From Somniosus microcephalus (lineage: Eukaryota), in assembly GCA_052327205.1 (NCBI GenBank), contig CM126228.1, positions 31,248,001 to 31,312,000 on the forward strand: 64,000 nucleotides of DNA. The letters run 5' to 3'. Below are positions 50,286-61,930 of this stretch, in pieces. The stretch's first letter is position 1. Each line of letters starts with the position of its first letter. A model generated the notes under the pieces. It saw nothing but the letters and a program-made list of their open reading frames with translations, was not told where the DNA came from and searched no databases. Position numbers and translations under genes: made by a program.

Positions 50286-51882
50286 TACAAAGTTCCAAAC
50301 AGCAAAATCACAAGGATGCAAATGTCAAAGCACTGGCTAGAAGCCAAAAATACCTCTCCTATGGTGTCCGAAATCAGTAATCTCTGTGCCTTGCTCTCTG
50401 TGCAGAAATCCAAACCAGTCAAGTCATTGCAGCGAAATGGCTAGCTTTTATGGGTGAGTGGATGTGCCCTTTAATTAGCGCTCCCCGAATCCCACAGGGC
50501 CTCTGTTGAGTTCCATTTCACAGTTCTTAGCAGCGCCACGGCCACATCGGCCGGGCGCCACTGAATTTCCGGTTTGGGGCGCACAAACGGCGTTTCACGA
50601 CGGAATGACGTCATAAGATGCGCGCGCAGCTGAGCGGGCGCTAACACTTTGCGCCGGCGCTAAAGCCCAGCTGAATTTCGGCGTAGGCGCAGATCCAGCG
50701 GTGCCCGGGCACTAAGTGGATAGCGCCAGAAATCTGGCGCTAACGGCTGGCGCAAACAGCTGAATTTCTAGGCCATTATATTTTGTCTTTTTCTCACAAT
50801 CGCAAGGCTGTCCATATTCCTGTAATTCACACCTTCCAGATTCCAAGGAAACAGGCATGACAATGTTTCCACCAACAGGCAACTAGAAGGTTGTATCTCA
50901 CAGAATCAGGTTGTTGGATACATGGTGACCGTTTGCATAACAGTGTCAGGACTCTTCAAACTTGCAGCACTTTAGCAATCTGGTCCTGCTTGCAGGAAAA
51001 AGAAGCCTATAATAGAAGGGAGAGGTGAGTAACCACCAATGGTCTACCTTCCCAATCTGATGCCCTTTTAACCCACCTGGAAGCATTGACCTTCAAATCA
51101 TTGGCCTAAAATCAGTGGAGCCATTGGAGGGGGGTCATACAAGATGCCTTACGCATCTCCAGTCTAGTACCAATCACTGCAGGTTTTTTTCTTCCCCACC
51201 CTAGTCTTTCACACACTCGGGCATTCCATCAATCACAGATTTAACACATCTTGACATTTATTTCAAGAAGTGTGTTACCGATGTAAGTTTAAGGTTTGTT
51301 CCTGTTGTTACTATGCTAAATGTCCCCAAGGAATGGAATTTTGCAGGCCCAAGGGTGCTGATCCTACCACCTCAGAACACAGAGCAACAAACATCAACAC
51401 AGGAACATCCACACTATGGGGATTCAGATTTAGAGTTAGAGCTAGAGCAAGGAGCACCAGGTGAAACACACAGCATGAGTGACGAGGAGTAAGTGCCACT
51501 GGCAGCAGAGGAGCAGAATGGAGTTGATCAAAAGGACTGCTCCAGGCCATTCTCAGCTACAGGGGTCTGGCATTGGTGCCATACAGTACTTGCTAACCAA
51601 AGAATGCTGCTTTTTGAGCACCATGAATTCATGGAGACATTTGAGAAAGTGCACGGGGCATCTCTTGGACCATCTGCCCCCTTAAAAAAGATCCGAGGCA
51701 CAGCTGTAGGTTCTCTTGGGGATGTGCTTACTGATACTGTAGAGACCTTAGGCTCCAATGTCCATAAATCAGTCCTGTCTGGACACACCATGCTGGGGAA
51801 ATGGTTGGACAGCACGCTGATGTGGAGCTTCAGTTACCTCATTGCAGTCCTGTGGTCTGTTCCCACATGGATCACAGCATAT

Positions 51883-52556
51883 TCTTCTCTTCTTAGGCAG
51901 TCCCTCGGAACCGAGGATGACTTGCTTCCACATTAAAAATGAGTTCGCAGGTGACTGATTAGTCCAATGCGGGACCTGCAGTCTCTGTCACAGGTGGGGC
52001 AGACGATGGTTGAAGGGGCGGGTGGGTGGGTTGCTTGGGTTGACGTGCGCTCCTTGCGCTACCTGCACTTGGCTTCCGCTTGCTCCCGGCGAAGAGACTC
52101 GAGGTGTTCGGCGCCTTCCCGGATGGTTCTCCTCCACTTTGTGCGGTCTTGGGCCAGGGATTTCCAGGTGTCGTTGGGGATGTTACACTTTTTCAAGGAA
52201 GCTTTGAGGATGTCCTTGAAGCGTTTCCTCTGCACACCTGGGGCTCTCTGGCCGTGCTGGAGCTCCGAGTAGAGCGCTTGTTTTGGGAGTCTCGTATTGG
52301 GCATGTGGACAATGTGACCCGTCCATCGGAGCTGATAGAGCGTGGTCAAAGCTTCGATGCTGGGGATGTTGGCCTGAGCAAAAACACTGACGTTGGTGCG
52401 CCTATCTTGCCAATGGATTTGCAGGATCTTGCGGAGGCAGCGTTGGTGGTACCTCTCCAGTGCTTTGAGGTGCTTGCTGTACATGGTCCATGTCTCTGAG
52501 GCATACAGCAGGGCGGGTATCACTGCTGCTCTGTAGACCATGAGCTTAGTGCCAGA
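51883..52556 (-). mobile_element. RTE-clade LINE 3' fragment
   Basis: TKLMVYRAAVIPALLYASETWT...LRWTGHIVHMPNTRLPKQALY...RKRFKDILKASL...AQDRTKWR; 3' end gtggaagcaagtcatcctcggttccgagggactgcctaagaag. Confidence 0.92.
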
Positions 52557-53329
52557 GATATTGGCCAGCAGCAGGGCATGACCGGGGTCAGCAGAGGTCA
52601 GGCAGCTGGCTCTCAGGGTGACTCTCCATGCCACTCAGCCACTCCAGCTCAAATGCACAATGCAGGGCTCAGAAAGAGGCCAGGCCCAGGCAATTCTGGT
52701 GTCAGCAGTTGCCAGCTGCCAGAGGCTTGGTAGAACTGTCCCTTTTACCAAGAGAATCCAGAAGGTGAAGTTGAGGTAGAAGGTGGAGCAACTGCCTCAG
52801 CATTACATTCAGGATACGCTTGGTAAAAGGGGCAGTCCATCCCAACCTCTGGCAGCAGATGCAGCCTCTTACACAGCTGGAATTGACACTGCCCCTTTAA
52901 GGCAGAGCGGCTGCCCTTTAAATCTGCTCCTGCACCAGATAGCCACGGAATCTTGTGCCTTTGACAAGGTGCACATGTGCACTTCCAGGTCCATCGCCAC
53001 TATGTCCTGAGAAGAAAACCAGCCAGGCTATAATTTCACATCTCTAAACAAACTCCATTTGGTTTGCAGACAGCTAGGATGGAACCACTAAATAAGAGAC
53101 CTTATTCAATATAGTGCAAAATAAATACTGGAATTAGGCAGCGCCAATCCACTGTCGGATTTAGTATGAAATCTCTTTCAATCTCAAATAAAACCTCTAA
53201 TCAATTGATTTCCTGGAACTATCAAACAAATATTAATTGGTCAGATCAGTTACGGAAGATCCTGCGCACTACTTGTCCCAGGTCTGCACTAATCAACATG
53301 CCCAAATATCTCAGATTTCCTATTGGTTA

Positions 53330-53857
53330 ATGGAGGATATACTGGCTGGAGGGAAAACATCCTCAGACATTAATATGGTTGCTGACTTGCTCTTATGCAA
53401 TTTCAACTCATCCAGAACTCTGTGGTTTGCATCCTGTCCCTCACAATGTACTGTACACACATCATCCCTGACTCTATTGACCTCCAGTGACTCACTGTTC
53501 ATCAACTCATTGATTTCAAAATCCTCATCCTCGCCTATAAACCCCTCCATGCCCTTGTTCTACTAAAGACTGCAGTCTGTCTAGCCCAATGTTCCAGCAC
53601 ACTTTTCACTCTGGTGTACATCTCCCCGTCTTCTACAGGCTTCAGTCACCACAGCCTGGCACTCTGGAACTATCTCCCTAAACCGCTCTGCCTTGTGACC
53701 TTCAAAAGCCTCCAGAAAATGTACCTCTTTGACTGTACCTTCAGTCCCTTCCCCTAACTTCACTCCTACTTCCTGCAAGGTGCCCATTGCTCCTTCTATA
53801 AAGTGCCGTGGGATGTTTTGATACAGGAAATGTCCCATAATTGCAAACTGTTGTTGA
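53330..53857 (+). mobile_element. Old L2-clade LINE 3' fragment
   Basis: QLIQNS, HIIPD...DL(Q)*L and IDFKILILAYKPLH (L2 ORF2 C-terminus); tail aaagtgccgtgggatgtttt...tgcaaactgttgttg. Confidence 0.75.
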
Positions 53858-54053
53858 AGTGGGCTAGATCTTGACCTTGTGCGATAGATAGTGTAAAACG
53901 GGCAACAGCGAGTCGGCAGCCCGTTTTACATCCGACCCGATTTTTATTTCCATTGACTTCAGCGGAAATAAAAATTGTGAGAGATATAAAACGGGCTGCT
54001 GACTCGCTATCACCCAGCATCAAGGGGTATGGGGAGAGCGCAGGAATATGGTA

Positions 54054-54771
54054 CAGGTACACTATCCCTTATCCGAAAGCCTTGGGACCAGCTGAGTTTC
54101 GGTTTTCGGAATTTTTCGGATTTCAGAAGGTATTATTATAAGACTGGGAAATTTGTATTTAACATAAATTTTAAAAGTTCAGGCTATCTCTTGCGACTGT
54201 TCCGTGTCTCATTCCCCTTCCTGCTTCTCTGGAAAGCCGGATATTGGCTGACTCCTACTAAGCTGGCCCGCAAATCAGGTCGGGGGTCGGGTGGGGGGGA
54301 GAAAAGAATATCGGACGGGCCGCGGTTCAGGTCGGGGGGGGGTCGTCGGGGGTCGGGCGGGGGTCGGGGGGAGAAATGAATATTGGACGGGCTGCGGTTC
54401 GGGTCGGGGTTCGGGTCGGGTCGGGGAGAAAAGAATATCGGATGGGTCGGGGGGGGAGAAAAGAATATCGGACGGGCCGTGGTTCGGGTCGGGTCGGTGG
54501 GGGGGGGGAGAAAAGAATATCGGACGGGCCGCTGCAGCTATCGGACGGGCCGCTGTATTGTTGGGTTCACCCTCCCGGTACCTCCTTCACACTGCCCGGC
54601 TCGGCCTGCAATCTCCTACCCAGGAGGGAACTCTGTGACCCTCTGCCCTGCTCAGCGTAAGTCGTGCGCCACTCTGGTCATGTCGTGCGCACGACTTACG
54701 CTGAACGAAAAAACTTTCGGTTTTTAGAGGTTTTCGGTTTTCGGAAGTTCGGATAAATGATAGTCTACCTG
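54054..54771. mobile_element. Tc1/mariner-pogo (Tigger-like) MITE, 718 bp
   Basis: TA TSD at 54052-54053 and 54772-54773; imperfect 24-bp TIRs CAGGTACACTATCCCTTATCCGAA / TTCGGATAAATGATAGTCTACCTG. Confidence 0.88.
54277..54555. repeat. G/CpG-rich minisatellite inside the pogo-type MITE
   Basis: ggggagaaaagaatatcggacgggcc repeated about 5 times with (gggtc)n spacers. Confidence 0.9.
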
Positions 54772-57700
54772 TATTGAGATAGAGGATCAGCCATGATTAT
54801 ATTGAATGGCGGAGCAGGCTCGAAGGGCCGAATGGCCTACTGCTGCTCCTATTTTTCTATGTTTCTATATTACACTATAGCACAAAGTCAAGATCTACCC
54901 CAGTGTGTTTTTAAAGCCAAACAATCTTCCATTGCAGTTAATATATGCTGTGTGGTTTCTCCACATTGGACAAGGATAGTAAAATATAATCCAGGGAGAT
55001 TTTATGATCTTTTGAGATGATGCAGTTGCTGGTCATAATCATCAAGGGTTATAGGGTAGGAATAAACAGGAACAATGATAGAGGGCAGCACTGTTTGTGA
55101 AGCCTTTAAAAACAATTTCAACAATAGCAGATATACAACCTGTATGCTGCTCTTTATAAACGCTTGCTGTCTGATTGTAGTGATGAATCATAGAGTACTG
55201 AATAAACTTCCAATATAAGGCAGGCATTACCATTTACTAAGGGCTGAGAGTTTTCCATTAATGGGTAGCGATACAGCACTGTTATTTTTTAATTTTTTTC
55301 TCTTTCTATGCCTTTACCTTTTGAATGTATTTAGGTACAATATGCTGCATCCAGGAGTTTAAAAAAAAGTCTAATTAATTGGAAGGACTGGATAAAAATA
55401 AAGGAGTAAAGTAATAAAGAAAGGACAGAAAAGAAATGATTGAAATTTATGAATCAGATGAAGGAACAGAGTGATGAATAAATACATAATCATGAAGAGA
55501 TGGATTGCTACTAGAGAAAAATATATTTTTACTATCTACTTCAGCGTTTTAACTGACAGTTTTATTATTCTGTAATAAATATACATGGGTTATGTAAAAG
55601 CAGTGTTCTTTAAATGTTCCATTCTAGTCAGAAGAATTTATGAAAACCCTCAATTTTGATTTACAGTTGAGGGCTATTCTAATGCCGTGTTTTCCTTCAA
55701 GCACCACTGATTAAATCTTAAAACATTAAATGCTGATGGATGTGAAATAGTGCACCTGCACTGTTAAGTGATGGGAGGTTAGAAGCCTGCACTCACCAGC
55801 CCGAGTCACTGACTCCTAAGACCTCATCTGTCTCAATCTCTGCTGCCAGCTGACATTGTACAAGCAGGCACAATTAATAATGGCGTTATCCACTAACACC
55901 ACTATAGACACCCTGATGAAGAGATTCTAACCCTTACTACAAAAGCACTTCAGAGAAGGCCAAACAGTCACCTCCCCGCCTTTAAATTCAGGACTCCACC
56001 TTTGCCACCGAGTCTCATCAGACCACATTCTCACAGCAAAACTAAAAGATCAAGTGCATCTGGCTATTATGTTATTTTTTCCTCCTTGTCCACGAGGGGA
56101 GGCTGAGACCAGTTATGGATTAACAAAATGATCAATAGCTCCTCGCTGCCTTTCTCGGCAGGGGAAAATGAACTCCAAACACAGTCAAACTCTTATTGAT
56201 CAGAAGATAGCTTTCACTTTCATTACCACCGTCTCCTGATAACCCACAAATAATGTGATGAGCTGGTAATCTCTCTGATTTTCAATGGACCCTTCACCCT
56301 CTCATCTCTAGCAAGGCTTTCATTTTTCTTTCCCTGATGGATTTATGCAGGAGCTCTTCACCAGTTTTATCAGACTGTGCCACTCACAAAACACTCATTT
56401 CTCCAAGACCACTATCTAGCATTGGTAAATGTAATGTATTTTGGGTTGTTGTAGCGAATGTCTTCATACTATTACAGTGCAGCATTAATAAACGGCGATT
56501 GATTAATAAGTCAATAATCAATCAGGTTGGCACAAAACGTGTGAAGCAGATTTAGCTTTACATATGAGCAATGCAAACACTGCTTAAATTATTCAAAAGT
56601 AAGGCACTAAAAAATTACAGGTTGTGTAGACTAATTAGAAGTACAAGGCACAGGGTTCTATTTTTTGTTAAGCATACTGTATATTTTTGGACGGGATACC
56701 AAAATTTCATTAAGGACCCAGGCATCATATTTGCAGTTTAAGAACAAACATGGTTTAATTTATCCTATTTATATTTAGTCTGTAGCCTGGCTTCTTTATA
56801 AACCAAATGCTTCTTCATTATAATATATGCGCCCATTTTAAGTACCGTTGAACTTCACTGAAGGAAGCAGCAGTTTTGAAATGACTGGATATGCATGTTT
56901 GTGTGAGTATGTGCGAGTGAGAGTGTGCACACATGCATGTATAAGACACATTGTCAGTGGCCTGTGAGAGTGCTTGCATGTGCTACAGATATCGCTACAA
57001 TATTATACAGCACGTCAACTAGCAGCCGTAAAATCTTAGCAGAAGTGTTGAGTGTTTGTTTATATGGGATTTTAGTGCAGTAAAGGCGCAGAGAATTGAG
57101 GAATGCATCAGCATATCCAATGCATATAAACACGGTGATTGGCACTTTGATGCACTCATAATGGCAACAATATTTCTCGCAGTGAATCTTTACAGCGCTT
57201 TGAAGCTGATATTGCCAGAAGATGCTGGAAAATTCAGCAGAGATTTACTAGTTAAGATCTGCCAGGGACTTATCGCTGGCAACCACAGCAGGATATTTTA
57301 ATATTTTGTGCTTACGTCTCGGGGTGCCTTGCTGGTGTCATTTCATTAACACGTTATTAAGGGTATTGACATTTTTAACCTAAAATGCATAAGGGTTCTA
57401 CATAATTGCTGTAATTGTTAATTAGATTTATGAGAAGAGGAAGGAGTACGGTGCCATAATCGTTTTTCAGACTTTGGTAATGGTGGTGGTCCTAATCCCC
57501 AGTGCCCAGTTTGGGTGGTGGGACTACAACTGAAAGACATATAAGATAACTGTGTCCATTTTCAAACATCTGTTTGATGCAGCTACTTACAATGGCTAAA
57601 TAGAAAAGCAGACAGAAGGTTTGGAGCCCAGACAGAAGAGGGACATGCCCCTTATCTGAACATACTTTATTACTCCACTTTAAGGATTAGATTTTAATGA

Positions 57701-58269
57701 AATATTCCTGTGTTTCTAGATCTAAAAAAAATGTTGTCATCTCTAAATATTAGTACCTATTTGGGACATTACAGGGAATGTAAATTCAATCCATTATGAC
57801 TTAACCACTGAATTGCATTAAGAATGCGTTGTGTATTTAACAAGTATCGTGTTTAATAACTAAACACCGACCAATTAGGCCCCAACATTTTGTTCAATCC
57901 ATATGTTTATGCTTAGTTAATGTGTTCAAACGTTTCTGCTCAAAGTATCCATTGCATAAAAATTCTATTTAAAGAGGTCAGCTATGGTGTAATAACTCAT
58001 TTGTATGTGCTAATCAGACCTTCATAACTTTTGTTTCTTTTTGTATGTGAAGCTTTGGAAAAAGCCATAAATCAACAGTTTAAAAAAAAACAGACCTCAT
58101 AATTGGTTTTGCTGGTGACTCATTGCATCTAGTCAGCATGGTTTAAGGCTTAGCAACTGAGGGTTTAATTTACCCTGTGAGTCAGCGACAGCCCATGGGC
58201 TAAACCTGTGTTGAGAAGGAGTAAATCTGTGAGTTTGCGTAAAAGTATTGTGACGTTTGAACTTTCCCG

Positions 58270-59290
58270 ATGAGGATACCAGGAGACCATAGCCAGAGAG
58301 GTCCAAAGGCAGAGAAAGTGGACCCTCAGGACAAGGAGCTTCTGCAGACACCAAGAGTACCACACACGTGTCGGTACCTTGACCTCACCAGGGGTCAAGT
58401 TATGAGGCGGCTGTGCCTCAGAAAGAATGTTATCTTCAGCGTATGTCAGCTTTTGGCAAGCAGATCTGCAGCCAACAAACATTATACAAATGGCACTCTT
58501 AAGTTACCACTGCACTAAACACCTGTGAACCTGGGTTCTTCCAGGCACCAGATGGAGACATCAATAGAATTGTTTAATACGTAGCTCACCACAGCATCAA
58601 ATAGGCAATGGATGCCCCATTTTAGCATGCCACTTCATATGGTGGCAGTTCAGAAGCAACATGCAACAACAGTTGCAGAAACAGAGACATTTTTTCAGAT
58701 GTGTGGTAGTGTTAATTGTACTCATGCAGCTATCTCTGCACTTGACTGCAATTCATGTCTTTTGTGAATAGAGAGGGTTGCTGTTTGCTTAAGGTACAGA
58801 GGGTATGCGAGCAGAGGTATGAAATGATGCATGTAAATGCGCCCTTTCTCGGCAATGCCCATGACACATGCATTTTTAATGGGATCATGAGTTCCACACC
58901 TATTCTGGAATGAAAATTGATTGTGCGATAGACTCCCAAAACTTGACTGTTGGGACCCTTGAGGAACCTCTAACCCCTCCGGAAAGAGATTTTGATCATT
59001 TTCAGTGTAGGAGAAGAAGTATAATAGAGCACACCTTTGGACTATTAAAACATTTTAGATGTTTTGACTGTTCTGGGAGTGCCTTAACACACAGGCCTGA
59101 ACCAGAATAATAGTGGTATGTAGCACAATGCACAGATTGTCATAGCAACGTACTTGGAAGAGATGAACAGCGGCAAGGCAGGCCATAAGAAGAGGGCGAG
59201 GGTAAGGGTAAGGGTAAGGGTTAGGGTGACATTCACCATCCGAACCAAGGGTTGGTTCAAGCGTCTCAAATGAGGGAGATTGCATAGACA
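58270..59290 (+). pseudogene. Decayed Harbinger transposase (second, older element)
   Basis: YLDLTRGQVMRRLCLRK, GSVNCTHAAI (about 58706), FVNREG...VQRVCE, VNAPFLGNAHDTCIF and RSIIEHTFGLLK.FRCFDCSGSAL are colinear with the intact transposase; many stops and frameshifts. Confidence 0.88.
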
Positions 59291-61037
59291 AATGTTTCTG
59301 TCTGCAAGCAGAGGCACATAAATCATTCAGTTATTAATACCTGCGACCTCCATTTCACAAGCTGCTCTGCAATACAATAAGGGTGCACCTTATCAACAGG
59401 AATAAATAACACATGAATGCAATGTTTACAACATTAATAATTTTGCTTTCTTTCAGCGATAGTATATTTACGATGAGTGGATGCCATGGTTGTGATGCAC
59501 CGCTGTGCTTGCCTCTTGTGCTTCATTGCGCTCTGCCCCCTACTCACCTAGCAGAAGAGGTAGAGGTGGTGGATTCCTGAACGACCCCCCGTCACCCCCC
59601 GAAGACTTGCTTGTGATTCAACTGCCTACCTACCTCAGCGTAATGAGGGTGCAGATTGTCCTGCCAGTGAGCCAGGAATAGCCTGTGTCATTTCAACTGT
59701 AGGGGTCTATATGATTGCTTCAGCTTCCCCTGTCACTTGTTAGGGACTGGCTGCGATTTGAGACCCACATGCCTGTTCCGGTGCTTCAACATGCATGCCA
59801 TTATTGGAAACCGAATTTTAGGTTCATCCACTGGTCTATGTGATCATAAACTGAGGGCTCTGAATCCCTCAGTCATGATTACCTGTTATGTGCCTTTATG
59901 TGTGCTGAAGCTGGCAGTGATCACATCATAGGAATGTTAACCTCAACACCTTGTCAACATCAGTAAGAGTAATGCTGCTACTGCCTTCTCACTCACCGTG
60001 CCTGAAACCATTGATGGGTCGTGTTGCTCAATGGCAGTCTGTAGAGCAGATAACTCATGCGCCACGAAAGTGGCAAATTGCAGCAAAGTGGTAGAATCAG
60101 CAATGGTGGCCTTCCCAGCTTGCTTTGAAGCAAGAGACTGGCTCAGCTACTCTTATTCAAGATTTACCTATGGTTCATGGTGGCTCTGTGAGGTTAGAAT
60201 CATAAAGCAATCCAGGAGGGCCGTGAACCATTCAACAGAATTCAGCCCTTCATCCCATCACTTTTGCCCATTCCTCATGATCAGTAACTTACCCTCCTTA
60301 AACTCACTATTATCAGCCAAAATATTTATTGCTGGACTGCTGTCTGTTTCTAGTAAAGTGGGTGACGGAGTATGCTGTGGTACAGATTGTAGTCCTGAGG
60401 GAATAGGATGACCTTGTGGATCTTCTTGCCTTGCTGTAAAGGAAAACAAATAGCACTTAGCCAGTTGAAAACAATGGGATAGAAATTTGTCTTGGGCAGT
60501 ATCACATCGGCTACCTGTTATACGCCCCGCCCAATATCCAGTCTCATTGAAGCCCCGTGGGTGGGGGTGAGGGGAGAGGACAATGGGAGTGGGGGCAGAT
60601 CGCAGGTCGGCAGTGGCCCTTGCGATTGCTGTGGAGTTCGGAGGAGCACTCCTGCTTCTCCTGACTCCACGTTAACCTTAACGACAAAATGTACCTACCT
60701 TGTTTGGTGACGACCGCTTGCTGGGCTGCATCCACGCCGGTATAAACCTATGCAGAGTAGGCCGGTTGCCTGCTCCAGTCAGAGCATCCCAATTTCTCGG
60801 AGGGGATCTAAAACAGGTGTTAGTGCCTATATACAAGATGCTGAATGCCTGTGTTAGGCGGCCACCGGGGACACTTGAAAAACTGGGTCAGATGGTTTTC
60901 AGGTGCCCTTGGGGCATAGGAAACAGCACTGTCAAATTGGTGCTTTTGGGCCTCGTTCTGTGGCTGAAATATGGGCACAGTGGGGTCCATTCTCTACCCC
61001 ATATATTGCCAGCTAAGATGATTGTGACATACGTACA

Positions 61038-61681
61038 ATAGCAAAATACTGCAGATGCTGGAAATCCGAAATAACAACAGAAAATGCTGGAAAAACTCAG
61101 CAGGCCAGGCAACATCCGTGGAGAGAGAAACAGAGTTAACATTTCAGGTCGAAACCCTTCGTCAAGACTGAAAAAACACAGGACATGAAACAGATTAAAA
61201 GGCCAGTTTGGGGGCTGGGAAATGGGGATGAAAGAACAAAAAAGAAGTGAAGAGACATTAAGAGGTATTCAAAACCAGACGAGATGGTGATAGGACTAGT
61301 GGAGAGACAAAAGACGGCTCTAGATTAGTGAAATGCGCTGGAAGAATGAGAGACAGCTGCCATGTGGGAGAGAAAAAAAGGGGGAAGGGCACAAAACAAA
61401 GGTGTGGATAAAAAATATATATAAAAATGTAATAGGGGCCGAGGTTATGATCTGAAATTGTTGAACTCGATATTGAGTCCGGAAGGCTGTAAAGTGCCTA
61501 ATCGGAAGATGAGGTGCTGTTCCTCGAGCTTACGCTGGGTTTCCGTGGAACAATGCAAGAGCCCGAGTACAGTGAGGTCCGAGTGGGAATGGGGCGGTGA
61601 ATTAAAATGACAGGCGACGTTGACTCTATTTCTCTCTCCATGGATGTTGCCTGGCCTGCTGAGTTTTTCCAGCATTTTCTG
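61038..61681. mobile_element. Short PLE insertion with inverted pLTR
   Basis: Direct repeat TTGTGACATACGTACA at 61022-61037 and 61682-61697 (edges overlap element sequence). Minus arm 61038-61618 (pLTR plus RKLEEQHLIFRLGTLQPSGLN); plus arm 61617-61681. Confidence 0.9.
61134..61170 (-). ncRNA. Hammerhead-like motif (C3U variant) in the pLTR
   Basis: AGU-C-UUGACGA-AGGGU-UUCG-ACCU-GAAA-UG-UUA/ACU; helix II is capped by UUCG. Confidence 0.5.
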
Positions 61682-61734
61682 TTGTGACATACGTACAGAT
61701 GTACAAAATAATTCACAATCATCCTTCATACTTA

Positions 61735-61930
61735 CTTTGGCAGATTTCTTTAAAATTAGATACTTTCTTCCTCACATATTCCCATGTATATCAGATGTGA
61801 TGCATATCATTGACCCAAGAGCCAAGGGCCTCCAGTGGCTGCTGGTTCCTCTGCTTGATGTTTGCATGCTCTGGAGACCCTCAAAGAGTGTGTGTTTCTG
61901 TCTGGCTCTATCTCTTATGATCTGCTGAAC
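61735..61930 (-). pseudogene. Decayed Myb/SANT exon 1 of the second Harbinger
   Basis: RQKHTLF...W...VND...TWEYVRKKVSN...|GTAAGT, with the donor in the same place as in the intact gene; convergent with the decayed transposase; TIR-like ATTTCTAGGCC at 62289-62299. Confidence 0.55.

Larger units (their letters stand above)
46214..50774. mobile_element. Full-length PIF/Harbinger DNA transposon (4561 bp)
   Basis: Perfect 15-bp TIR GGCCTAGAAATTCAG; ATT TSD at 46211-46213 and 50775-50777; two convergent genes (Myb/SANT and DDE transposase); CpG-rich ends. Confidence 0.97.
54015..54869 (+). mobile_element. CR1 3' UTR fragment inside the MITE, itself split by a TA-flanked element
   Basis: atcaaggggtatggggagagcgcaggaatatggTA|...|TAttgagatagaggatcagccatgat...ggagcaggctcgaagggccgaatggcctac...tctatgtttctat. 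Confidence 0.88.
53861..54901. mobile_element. Harbinger-type MITE hosting nested insertions
   Basis: TIRs GGGCTAGATCTTGAC / GTCAAGATCTACCCC; AGT TSD at 53858-53860 and 54902-54904; internal palindrome centred on ccattgacttcagcgg. Confidence 0.82.

Noticed and set aside
51240-53010. Possible third decayed Harbinger around the RTE fragment (similar hints at 32880-33760 and 44070-44770)
   Set aside because: Only suggestive words such as gcccctttaa; I could not establish a TIR pair, TSD or clear peptide by eye.
55912-55945. CTGATGA as another hammerhead (also near 28113 and 36451)
   Set aside because: No helix II followed by GAAA and no NUH site.
59195-59227. Telomere-like (AGGGTA)n/TTAGGG tract
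   Set aside because: Only one true TTAGGG; it is a short microsatellite at the decayed acidic tail of the fossil transposase.
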